Below are positions 33,941 through 47,400 of a DNA stretch of 64,000 bases, piece after piece (within the stretch, counting starts at the first letter, position 1; each line of letters begins with the position of its first letter). Position numbers and translations under genes: made by a program. This DNA is from Octopus bimaculoides (taxonomy: Eukaryota): NCBI RefSeq assembly GCF_001194135.2, contig NC_068986.1, forward strand, positions 72,784,383-72,848,382, read 5' to 3'. Under the pieces are notes generated by a model. That model was not told where the DNA came from. It saw nothing but the letters and a program-made list of their open reading frames with translations, and did not search any database.

Positions 33941-34538
33941 AATTCAAGGACTGCTCCGGGCGGCACACTCCACCTAGGTGACTGTACATACGATAGGCTC
34001 CTTTCAGTTTCTATTCACCACAGTTCTCTCGCATGGCTTTGGTCAGCCCAGAGCTACAACAAAAAATGCCTTCTAATATAGGCCTCAAAACATATTGGTC
34101 ATGAAATATTGGGTATAGAATATTTCCTGCCAAAGATTGGTCTAGAATTCAGACAAATGAAGAGAGCCACTAAGGAAATAGGTATGGCAGCTGATACCAG
34201 CTCGATGTGTCTGTAATTGACGAGAGACTATAGATGGGACCCTTCTGCTGGCGAAGACTAATTCAGTCCTCGCTGCTCCACTCAGATGAAGCATAAAGGC
34301 TAAAGGGCGCGACACTTGTGATCTTGAGATACACGCTGATGATACAGAATGATTTCCAACATTGCGATGAATTCAGAAGAGCTTGCTCCTCAGTAATTCC
34401 CTTAATTTCTGCCTGGGACAAAGCATCTTCGATGTTTATTTCACTTTGGTGTAGACATCGTAGTCGACATATTGATGTATATTTAATTTATTCGTCTAGA
34501 TATATAAGTATATACATAAATTGGTGTAGCTATATTAT

Positions 34539-34539
<1 letters not shown>

Positions 34540-34594
<55 letters not shown>

Positions 34595-34636
34595 TATAGA
34601 TAGATAGATAGATAGATATAGAGAGAGAAAGAGAGA
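34540..34636. repeat. Compound (TG)(TA)n(GATA)n(GA)n microsatellite about 100 bp upstream of the FBXO21 ATG
   Basis: Directly visible. Confidence 0.95.
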
Positions 34637-34733
34637 TTTATTGACAGATGTTAATATATTGGTAATTCCGAAGACGAAGTTGATAAAATATTTGGGGGAG
34701 ATAACTCTTGCATTACAATTCAAACGAGAAAAC

Positions 34734-34903
34734 ATGGCAGTCGAGGTGAAAATTCTGCCACAGCTTCCAACAGAGATTTTAGTGAAAATTCTGTGCTGTG
34801 ATACAGTTTCACATGTCGATATTTGTCGGCTAGCCTTTACTTGCCATCGAATGAGAGACATTTGCCTCACAGAAAATATATGGAAATGTAAATTTTTTCA
34901 ATG
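34734..34903 (+). CDS. FBXO21: FBXO21 exon 1 (F-box)
   Basis: MAVEVKILPQLPTEILVKILCCDTVSHVDICRLAFTCHRMRDICLTENIWKCKFFQ; TG|gtaagt donor. Confidence 0.93.
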
Positions 34904-37900
34904 GTAAGTTGGTATGGCGTACTTTTTTCTCACTAATTTCATTAACCTGTTTTGAGTTGGCTGGATTCCTGTTTTATTTTGGTCTGCTATATGAACTCAG
35001 TAGAAAACAAAAGTTGAAGAACTAGAAGACAACGAGACTTATAGGGTTGTCACATGACCCTTCTCGTAACTTTTTATACAATTGCGAATTTATCTTTTCG
35101 CGTTCAAATGCTGAAACAACTTTCTTCAATAAATATTTAAGCAGAGCTGTATATTTTGGTGAATGAAATTCACAAAGAGCCAAAGAACGTAACCATATGA
35201 ATGCAACAGAAACTTACACATTCTTAAAACTCATGACTAATTCGTCTTCATTGATGTGAAATACCAATTTTCGTATCTTCCTGTTAAGTTTCTTCGCATC
35301 TGTGTCAGTCTAAATATTCTCAATGTTTTGTTTACATACAATATCCTTGTCAGGCTCCATAACATTCTTCGTAGCGATAATCAAACAACGTGTTTACACA
35401 TTGAAGTCCAGATCATTTAACCTGTTGTATTTTTATATTCACTTATATTGAGAATATTTGATATAAGTTTCTAATGTACTTAAGTGAATACTCCTTGGTT
35501 TTATAACTCGCCAAACTACTATACTAAATATGAATGATATTATTACTAATAAACCCCAACAGTAAAATATTTTGGTAAATTTTTTAAAACTTTACCGATA
35601 TTTTACCCCCCCCCCCCCAAGTTGTGTTCTGAAGTAGGACATGTTGCGTGTTGGATGGTTAATTGACAAGAAAATTACGTATGTTTGATACAGCAAACTG
35701 TTCTAAAATCGTTTGTGTAACTATTTCATTCCAGCTTTTAAGAAAAATAATAATAAACGAAAATATCGCATAATCTTGTTTCCTAATAAATCTAAGACCT
35801 TGTATCTAAGTAAGAAATTATTTCGGAAATGGATCGTCAAGATATACTGATGAAGGAACATATATTTTATTAACAAGTCATCCGAGGCGATGTAGTGATT
35901 GTCTTTATCGTTCCACTTAACCGTAACAAACGGACGACTTCTGGAAGGACATGTGCCGTGGGGAAGGGAGGAATACTGAGGGCAGCGTTTTGGGAACGAA
36001 GGACTGGTCGTAGTAATTAGTACGAGGCCTGAGAGGATAGATATTATAGGTGATGAGAAGAGGAGGGACAAGTGAGTAGAGAGAGAGTATGCAAGTGGGG
36101 GTGACACGGGAATAGCCAGTTCAGATGAGTAGAGACAATTTGTAATTGCGGTAGAATAGGTAGAGCAGCGACTGTATGTATTTAAGCTAGGAGTTGCACA
36201 TGTCTGAGTGGCTTCACGTCAATCAGTCAAGTAGACTTTCTCCGTATAAGTTTGGGATGTCTTTGTGTGTAGCAGCTGCACTGTCCCAGATGTGAGAGTA
36301 GCACTCTGTCGTGAGCCTCTCATCAGCTATTCTACAATTGGATAAAAAATAGTGTCAGTGGTACAGACTTAGAGTAGTTCATCATCATCATCATCATTTA
36401 ACGTCTGTTTTCCATGCTCGCATGGGTTGGACGGTTTGACAGAGAGCTGCACCAGATTCCATTTTCTGTTTTGGGATGGTTTCAACAGCTGGATGCCCTT
36501 CCTAACACCAGCCACATTACAGAGTACACTGGGTGCTTTTTACATAGCACCAGTACAAGTACTAAAAGACAAATATTAGCAGGAATCTTACATGTGGTTA
36601 CAAATTTGTTGGTTTATGGTTAGAGGAGAAGTGTGTACCCAGTACTTTTGAACTCAGTACAGTGATGTAGTTGAAGTAAGTGATGTTTATTTTGTTCTGT
36701 AGGTTCTGTGCGTAGTTGCACTGCTGTCAAGATAAATGTTTCAGACTTGTTGTTCTGGCAGAAAAGCTGTGTTTAGTGTTGGGTAAGTGTGATAAAAATT
36801 TTAGTTGGTCTGATGAGTGGAGGAGATGCAGGTTCAATGAATACAGAAGTGAAGACATTATAGTAGCATTAAAGAGATGGTCGTGGGTCACAATAGCATG
36901 TTGATGGGCTAGTTGTTTTATCAAATAATTAGGATGAAGAGCTGGCTGTCATCTTTGGCAGTGAGGTTGATGTGGTCCATCACCAGTTCTGTTGATTTTT
37001 TTAAAGATCTTGACACTATAAGGAAACTTATTTTTTCTTTAAAAACAAATCCCCCACTTTTATTTATTTGTCTATTTATTTTAATGTATTACATCGTGAA
37101 AATTCCATTTTGTTCAGGTGAATAAAAATTTTAATCTAAAATTTAACATTTAATGAACATATTTAATTAACATTTAATGAATATATTTTGACTCCCTTAC
37201 CTCAGTGACAATCAGAGAGTGAATATACAAATCATAACCTTATATAAGCTATCCAAAGTCATCACTGGGTGGTCAGAGGGGCAGATAATGAAATGAAATA
37301 CATTTACATGGCACCCATGAGTTGTAGTTGTTGCCAGTGCCATGCAAATGACATCCATGAATCATAGTCATGGTCACTGCCGGTACCATGTAAATGATAC
37401 CCATACATCGTAATTGTGGTCATTGCCAGTGTCTTGTAAATGGTACCTGTGATGATGGCATGTAAAAGTACCCATTACACTCTTGGAGTGGTTGGCATTA
37501 GGAAGGGCATCCAGCTGTAGAAACCATGCCAAATCAGACTGGAACCTGGTGCAGCTCTCCTGATCATTAGCTCCAGTCAAAGCGTCTAACCCATGCCAGC
37601 ATGGAGAGTGGACGTTAAATGATGATGTAAGAATTTAATCTCTCCTTCTAGTATAATACAAACTTGTTCAAGTTTGCAAACTTTATTCTCAGATTTGTTC
37701 AGGTGTGAGAGACAACCAAATATTGTTAGACCATCTTGTCCTTTTTCTTCCCTCTATCTTAGCAAAACTAAATGAACCTCTTATTGTATATTGATACTGT
37801 AACCTTTACTTCAGACAGCTACTCTAACACTTACCTTTAATTTGTACCATGATTCAGTATGTATTGAACCAATGACAGAGTCTCCCCATCATCTTTTATT

Positions 37901-40900
37901 ATAGTTTCAATCGCATCTAGGATGTTTTATTTGAATATGCTTGTTTTTAGCATATATCTTCTGCACATTGCTCAGTTTAACTTAGTTTCCAGGTGTTTTG
38001 TAGGAGGAGACATGCTAAGGGTACAACTTACTAGAAATAGCGACCAAAATGCCTTCAGATCAGAGCCTCTTAAAAAAAAAATACATTGAATGATATACAT
38101 ACATATTTTTATTTAGGGTTTATATTTATTGTATGCATTGTATTATGTACATTGTTCTTCTTACAATATTTAGGTATGATTCCATATTTTTCTTTTCATT
38201 AAGCTTTTGATTAAAATAATACCTTTTTTATTGATATTCTACATCTCACACTTGAACATTGCAAGGAGGGAATATAAAAGGGTTACAGCTCTGGGAAAGA
38301 AGGATTATGATGGGTTTGAGAGGTGAAACAGTGACGGTTGAGTCACATAGGCTTGGATGAAAAGTGTGTACAGTTAATTCAGAGAATTAAAAGTTCTTGT
38401 GGTGGTGATGGAGGCAGAGAGAAGAAAAAGCACATCTATAAATCAGTGGTTGAAACCTATGGGCAGTTAAATCAAACAAGTCTGCTTTGGGATCCAATAT
38501 ATGATTGTGTGTTGATGTGAACAGTTACTTCAATGTGAGACTTACTTAAGGGTCAGCAACTGATAAAACTGAAGTATTTCCTGGTTATAAAGAATTCCTA
38601 ATAATTGTAAATTTGTTTTGATAATATGTGGTTTTACTTTGAAAGATGATCAGAGATTGTGAAGTGTACTTCTAGTGACTTTAAGTGTTTTAATTTTGTT
38701 AAAATTTAGGGAAGGTTATGTACAAAATTGTTTCTTTGATATGTATAATGGTTTCAGATTTAGGCATTGGCAGAATTTGAACAAAGAATGTTAAGATAGA
38801 TGAAATTCCACTAAGTATTTTGTCTGGCATGCTAACAATTCTGCCAGCTCACTGCCTCTGATATGTATAATGACTGAGTTTTTGGTGATATTGAAAGGGA
38901 CTCTATGTCAATCAATTGAATAGCTGCTTTTTTTATTAATGTGATCAAACAAGTTACGTGCATCTGTGTGTGTTTTGTGTGTGCTTGCACAGCAGTATTG
39001 TCCCAGTATGTGAGTAGTACTCTAATTGTGTGTGTGCTTGCATAGCATTACTGTCTCAGCTATGTGAGGAGTACTCTAATATGGGTTGTATTTGTGCATT
39101 GTAGAGTTAGTAACTCTTCATAACCGGAGTGTTTTCTGAAAAAGAAACTTATCCACTAGAATAGAGTTTTAGCAATGTTATTTATATTTAATTATAAATC
39201 TTAAGCACAGAAATATTAGTAACAGATTAGAATCACCGAGCATCGGTGGTAGAACTGCTGTATCATGTGATCTTGGTGTGTTTTGTACCTTATACAAAAG
39301 TCTTCCGCAATTTGTAACAAATTTACTCACAAAGCTTTGGTCAGCCTGAAGCTGTAGTAGGAGACATGTGCCCAAAGTACCACTCAGTAGAATTGAACCT
39401 GAGACCATATGATTGAGAAGCAAACTTCTTAACTGTATGAACACATCTGACCTATATTGATTTCAAATTTTGGGGGAGGGTAAGTCATTTATATCGACCC
39501 CAATACTCAACTGGTGTTTATTTATTGACCCTGATGTTCAGAATTCAAATTAGCATTTAGGTTTATAAATAGCAGGGATGAACCAATTGTGGTTCATGAA
39601 TGTCATAAAATAAATCAAAACCAGTTTATTCTGAATGTGTACCACTTTGTAAGCTCAACAAGAATTTATAAGCCAATTGAACATTTTATTTGGTAAACTA
39701 TATTTTTAATAAATTGAAGTTATAATTTTTTTTGTTGGTTGGAAAACATCACATAATCAAATAATTGATAACTAATGTGAACTTGGAATTTGAAAATGTC
39801 TAATATTGTAAAGATTTAGAGTAAAAATTGAACAAATGGATTTAGAAACATCATCATCATCTGCTCAATTTCCATTACTGGCATGTGTTGGACAAGTTGT
39901 CACAGTCCATATCAGTTTTTATTTGGAGTTGAGTTACTGCCGTCCTTGGTGGATTGGGGAACCATCTCGTGCATTTCATTTTTGGCATGGATTCCATGGC
40001 TGTATACCCTTCCTTATCACCAACACTTTACAGAGTGTACTGGATGTGTTTTATGATGGTACCAGTATTAGAAAAGTTCTCATATCCTTGACAAGAGTAA
40101 AAGGTGTTTTTGACCCTGTGCTATCTGTGCTCATTTGCCAACCATTTTACAGAACATGTTGGATGCATATTATTGTGGAACCAACACATGTGGGGTTGCT
40201 TTCTGTTCTGTAAGACTAAAAAGTGCTTACTACTTTATGCTCTGCTCATTTGCTCAATGCAGTGTTATTAAGAGTGAATAGTAGAGTGATGATGGGAGAA
40301 AATGGGATGTGTGTGTGTGTGTGTGTGTGTGACAGGAAGAAGTGTATAATAGCAGAGACAGAAGTTAGTGAGAGAGGAGCAGAGAGGGTATGGGTCAGGT
40401 GTAGAGTACAGGATGATAGTAGTGGGAACTTGAATACAGGTAGTCTGGCGATGCTCCTTGTTGCACAAGTGGTATATTTCAGTGTGAAGGCAGTGAGTAT
40501 CAAAGGATTGGACAAGTCTAAAGACACCCTGACACAAGCCTCATGGTACAATGAATAGAAGTAAGGGGTGAGGGATAGAAAAATCATAGAGGTAGGAGAG
40601 TATCAAGAGGCTGGGTAGGTGGTAGGCTCAGTGGGAACATATTGAACAAGAGACCCAGCTACAGATATATCTCCCAACTTCCATGACTATCATTATTTCA
40701 ACACTCAAGTCACTGTATTGGCATGCTGAGCAGATTCTTTCCAACACTGCATGTCTGTCACTCTGGTTCTCTGAATATTTTTCTATAAGGCTTATCATCC
40801 TGAGATAAGTTTTGACCACTCCACCTCCTGTCATTAATGCATTTGATAAAAGGTGATGAAGAACTATTGTGTATTCAGAAACCATCGATAGTTTGTAGCA

Positions 40901-43900
40901 ATGGGAGATAATGTTAGCGCTGGCTTAGCTATAAAACAGTTATGTCCCTTACGTCTTCCATTTCTATGCCAGCTACAACTGATTGATATATATATATATA
41001 TATATATATCCTAAATTAGTTTAAGGATTCTGGAAATTTCTTTATCAATCCCTTACTATCTTTAGTTGTACATTATAACTTAGACGTGGAATTATATTCC
41101 AGCACTAACTTGAAAGCAACCAATTCTTTTGATATGAAACTTTTTGGGTTTAGGATTAGTCAAGTTACAAACTGAATTTCTGTAATTTATTGTTACTGAT
41201 GCATATACTGATTTCAAATATGGTTGAGAGACTGTGCAAAATAGAGGAACTATTTGGCCATGTTTGCTTTAATTATGTTGTGTTGTTGATCAGGAATAAA
41301 CAAACTTTAATCCAGATTCTAGATCTACTAGATAAACAAACAAATTCTAATCCAGTTTCTAGATCTACTTAATTACGAATAATATGTTCCATTATGACAA
41401 GGACAGGATTTTCTTGGATAAGAATTGAACTGCTAAACTAGCACTTTGTATAAGAACTATTTAACTGACAGGATTCATATTCCTTTATAACATGTTATGT
41501 TATAGATGAATCGTTCAAACTTTTTGAGACAATGTAATAATCAACATAGAAAAGTAAAAAAAATTGCTTACAGCTTTTGTTTGCATGTAGGATCAGTTTA
41601 CAAGGGTCAGTAATAGTCAGCAGTTTTGTGGTACAAGCCGAGTGACAAGAATGAAGCTTTTACACTCTTAGATGTGAGTCTGTTAGGAAAAGCTGCTTGC
41701 TAAAAAGCAAAAGATGTACAGTGTGTGGAAACAAAAAATACTGACCACTGACACTTTCTGAGGGTTCCTATTTATACCTACTGAAAAAGCTGAAATCAAA
41801 GGCATATAACTTGTCTTATCTATGTTAACCTCCAGTTGAACATAGAATGCTAACTCAAACAAAGGAACCAAGATAAGAGAGACAAGTGCGCTCATAAATT
41901 TCCTAGTATTAATGCTGGAAACAAAAGAAAGGATCTCATAGGAAAATGTTATGAGATTTTGAGGCTAAAATTATTTCAATTGTTGCTTGCAAAGATAAAG
42001 ATTCATTTAAAAAGATTTCTTATAAGAGCAAGAATAATTTGTTGATATCTCAGTGGCCTTAGTTAAAGAGAAGTAAACTTCTAAGCCAGCATAAATGTCA
42101 TCCAGCTCAAGCAAGCATGTGCTAACAGTATCACAATTGTATGCCCATTACAAATGTGTCACAATTGTTTGTGTTCCAGGACAGAAAAAACAACTTGTAT
42201 TCATATTTTTAAACAATTATTTTGAGTTGTTTAAAGTAATCATTTTTGCCTTTTATCTGATGAACTAAGTTTTTCATTCACTACGTTAAAACTGTAAATT
42301 TGTACAATGTCTCTGCTTTGAAAATTTTCCAGATTGTGTTTGAGTAAAGCTAGGCCATAAAAAAAGATAATATTTAAATATCATACATCATCAGCATCAT
42401 CATTTAACTTCCATAACTTCCAGGTTCCATACTGGTTTGGGTTAGACAGTTGTCCTTACATTGTTTAATTGTCTAAATTTAAAATTCTAAATTTCTTATA
42501 TTATTTAAGTTTCCTTTTTGTCTTTCTTAATGGTTTTTAGCTGGCCTAATGTTCTTCCAAAGACTAAATACCATATGCCTGTGGCATGGCGAAAATTGTT
42601 CATTCGGCATTATACATGTATCCAAAATGTCAACCGGTTTCTTCAGAATTTAGCAGAAATTTGCTACAATTATGAGGAGGTTCCACCAGATAAATTTCAT
42701 ATAATTCTCCAGTATATTGATGAAGATGAAAACAACAGAGATTTTATCACTAGTTATCTCCATTTAATTGCATCGGATCCAGTGTAAGCCATTCTCTTAT
42801 TTAATCATTTTGTTATTAAATGTTTATATTTTATTTTTTTATCACTGTGCTAATAAATAAAATCAATAGGCTTTTTAGTTTTGCAGGATCTTTTCTGTTT
42901 GGCTGCATCTATAGAAATTTTTAAATTTAGTGAAAATTTTAAAATTTGGTGTATTGATGTAATTTTTCAAGCTGAATCTCAGGGAATATTTAACTTTTTC
43001 CAGAAAAAAATTTTAAAACAAGTTATAGAGGTTTAAAGTTTGATCATTTTTACCCAGTCAGAAAAGATTTGGAAGCTGCCAGCCATTTTGTGCATGGCAG
43101 CACGTGTTGTCAGCTGTAAACAAATGAAATATTGACCAAATTTCTCATGCACTAGCTGATGAATTTTTTCCACATTTCCAGGGCTGACACTAATGGCTGG
43201 TCTTCCAGATCACTCATCATTTCCAGGGTTGTTCTGCTTTTGAAGTGCCTGTGCACTCAAAACATTGCGTACAGCCATTGCCTCATCGCCATAAATTTGT
43301 TGAAGCATATTCAGTGTCTCTGTAGCAGACTTTCCAAGTTTAACACAAAATTTCATGTTGGCTGTTTGTTCCAACTTCTTATTGATGACAAAATCGCAAA
43401 CTACAGCATACTCATAATCACAAAAACACAAATTTCACAATTTGCGAAGTATACACAACGATCTAACTTAGCACACTCCCTCATGAAGGTCGCTGCTAGC
43501 TCTCACTGCACATACAACTGTGTGCTGCCATCTGTTGGTGCTCTACAGAACTGGTCTGGGAACTTTTTGATACTACATATGGAGAAAAGTCAGTGCACTT
43601 TTTCCACCCAGAGCTAGTTGAAGTATCATGTTCTGTGCTATCTAGAACATCATCATCATCATCAACCTCATCTGATGATGAAGGAAAGTCACAAAACTTC
43701 ATCACCATATAAATCTTCCAGTTGTGACCAGGGCTAGATTTATAGGGTGACAAAAGGGGCAATTGTCGTAGGCCCCTGCTACATGTTGATGATGGTATAT
43801 CCATGCAAAATGTTTGAAACAGCAATTGATGATGTCTGCTATTCTCTAATGAAACATCAATTGATGATGTCCACTCTTTAAGGGTTAATATAGAATCTCC

Positions 43901-44390
43901 TAATATAGAACAAATACACAAATAATATCCTACCTTCCACATGTCTGATCCACTGGTATCTAGAACCCTACAGTCATTTCACTTTTACAAGCATTATAAA
44001 CTACCAGTCTTCACTTTAGTAATTAAGTTGCTTAATCTAGTTGAACTGATATTTCTTACTCTTTTATACGATGTTGTCTCTGTTATATTTAAAGTCATTA
44101 TGTGGCTAAACCCAAATCTGTAACAATTTAACATTTTGAATGTCAAATATGAATCCACTGGATTTCTGTGCAATTTATTTTTCTGCTTTCTACAGAGAAA
44201 ACTTAACAAAGAAATACTATGCTGGTAAGACATTGCAGCACATTCAGCATCACAGTTTATCTAAAGCTTGGCATAGTTATTTATCACTGCCTATTAATGA
44301 ACAGAAACTGGAAATTGGTAAGTAGTAGTTGTTTTTGTTGTACACAAGCTGGTGCCTTGTACACTCCTGGTAACCAATAACACTGTGTAA

Positions 44391-44428
<38 letters not shown>

Positions 44429-47400
44429 TCTTTAGTCAGTAAGTGTTATTTCCTATTTACTTCTATCTAGAAATAAAAGGAAATGACTACTATTCCCTTC
44501 AAACTTTGCTTTTGTGACCTGCACATCAATGTTTTCAAACTGACCTATTTTCCATTATATTTCACACAGATTCAGCACTGAGTTGCTGAAGCAGAAATAT
44601 TGTTATTGCAAACATTCAGCTCAATACCACAGATTTGCTTGTCAGTTGCTTGACCTTAACCATTTGAGCATGTCTCTTACAGGCTGACAATATGTGCATC
44701 TCTGATCATGAGCAGGAGTAGTGGGGGAGTATCATAGCCATGTATTGAGAAGGATTCTGTGGCGTTTGAATAAAAGTAACAAAAGCAAAGTTTGAAGGAA
44801 ATATTAGCCATTTTTCATACTTTCTAAGGTAAGCAAATAGGAAATAACAGTTGCTACCCAAGGACAAAAATCATGTTATGCAGTATAATTTAGGATTTGA
44901 TCTACCCACTGTTGTTGTTCCACATCTTTTATATTTTCGTTGTCATCATCATTTTTATTGTTGCTTTATTCTGATAAAAGAGGTTGTGCCCATAGCTTTC
45001 ACAGTCCATCCAAGAGATCGACATGGTTACTATTTTTCTTGAATAACTGCAAATCAACAGCAACAGGAAAAATCTGCTAAGACAATATGGATGTTCTCTA
45101 ACATGAAGTTGAATGAAACTGGATAAATGTTTCATAAACTTTTATCTACTTTGGTTTTCAAACAGCTGCTCATTTAAATTCGAATAGTCTTATATCGAAA
45201 ATCTCTTTGAAAAGTTCTATCTGCTGATAGAGATCTAACTGTCTTGCTCTATTCTTTTGCAGGTACAATTTATATGCATAACTGGCATTGTTTTTTGGAA
45301 ACAACAAATATTGAAGACATATTACAAAAACTAGATACACTTGCATATGAAGTTAAAAAGGAACTGGCAAAATTTCGCCCAGATCATCCTACACTTGTTA
45401 AAGAAGACCTTTATGATAGTAAGTTATATTACACTTTACAGTTGCTGTAATTTTCGTCAATGATTTTTGATATTTATGAAGAAAAGGAAAATATAAAATA
45501 GTACTATATCACTATTAACCTCAGGATCATCATCATGATCGTTTAACATCCGCTTTCCATGCTAGAATGGGTTGGACGATTTGACTGAGGACTGGTGAAC
45601 CGGATGGCTGTACCAGGCTCCAATCTGATCTGGCAGGGTTTCTACAGCTGGATGCCCATCCTAATGCCAACCACTCCGAGAGTGTAGTGGGTGCTTTTAC
45701 GTGCCACCGGCACGAGGGCCAGTCACGTGATACTGGCAAGGCCACACTCAAAATGGTGTTTTTTACGTGCCACCTGCACAGGAGCCAGTCCAGCGGCACT
45801 GGCAACGATCTCGCTCGAATGTCTTTACACGTGCCACCAGCACAAGTGCCAGGAAGGCGACGTTGGGCACAGGTACCATCACGATTTCGCTTTTGCTTGC
45901 CCCAACAGGTCTTCACAAGTCGAGGTAGTGTCCAATGAAGGAGCCCAGTGATGCTGGAAAAGCTGGCAGGCTCTGTATAAATCAGCTATTAGCGACAGAA
46001 GCAGGTTTTGTGACAAATATTAATTAGTACATTCAACCTGACACAATACAGTGAAATCACATAATACAGTAGTGCCATATGTGTGTGCTGACAAAATTTA
46101 GTCAGCTGATAGTATTTTGCTACTTTTTTGCATTGTTTACCACAGTCTACGGTGTTATAAACAACACATCCAGGTTAGATGTGCTAATTAATATTCATTA
46201 GAAAGGCTGCCTTGGTTGCCAAGTTTATGCAGCTGTCCTCATCTATACCATCACATGAGCAAACCAGCACAGTTGTCTCTCTTGCACTCTCTATCTGATT
46301 TTGACCTCGACGAAATGAAAAGTAATGTCAACCTCAGCAAAATTTGAATTCAGAACATAAAAAGCCAGAAGAAATACAACTTCTGATTTTGTCCAGTGCT
46401 TTTAACAATTTTGTCAAGTAGACTGCCTTTCACTAAGTGTGCAATGTAATTTAAATTCCTGATTAAGCCATTTTGCTTCATTATTCATTTTACCTGTAAT
46501 TTTTTTTTCTTTCTCTGGTCAGTAGCTTAAATAAGAATAATTTTACCAGGTAACTTACCTCAGCATACTCCATAGAGACAAAACAAATTACGAGTGGTTG
46601 TGTGTGTATGTGCATGTGTACATCCATTTATCAAAGATTGGGATAGTTTTATAAATTTGGACATCTGTTTATTGTTGAAGAACATTTTTTGCAACCGGAT
46701 TCCTTTTCTTCTAACTTCTCAAGTAGGAGCATTATTTGTTACCAGCTAAATAGACTGAAAGAAACAGGAAAGAATGTTTAGCCTGGAGGCAGAAAACAGC
46801 ATTTTATGTTCAGTAATACAATATTTTAATCTCACGCCTGTTGTGTAACTAAGAGCTCTAACACATAGAGAAGGATTAATGTCAGTTTGTATGCTTTCTA
46901 TACGGCAGCTATTGATACCAATCTGTGGAATCCTACAGATACTCGTGATATACTTATTGCTATGAATAATATTTTGTACAAGAAACACAGATTCCATGCC
47001 GAAGAATATTCTTCAATGGATCTTCTGAATATCAACAAGGTATGTTTTTGAATTTTTTTTAATTAATTTTTTTTTTTTTTTTGCAAAATGAAAGGTAATG
47101 GTTTGGAAATCAGGAGAGCAATGAACAAAATGCTCTGTGGTATTTAGTTATATCCCCTTATACTCAAATCCCATTTGGATCAACTTTGCCTTTCCTCATT
47201 TTCGAGTTGATAAAAATCAATACCATTCATGTACTGGGGTCAATGCAATGGACTTTACCACTCTCCTTCAATTCAAACATGTTCCTATGTTAGAAATCAA
47301 TATTTTTGTAAATTGAAATGAAATGAGAATGACTAGGGACAACTTGATTAAAACTGAATTACAACAATAATTTAATTGTTTAATTGTGCTTTATGAATTT

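Noticed and set aside
43159-43617. 152-aa plus-strand ORF
   Set aside because: It is the antisense of a mariner transposase fragment.
43729-43780. hAT-like end (cagggctagattta...ggggcaattg...ggcccc)
   Set aside because: No matching opposite end or TSD found; at most a solo fragment.
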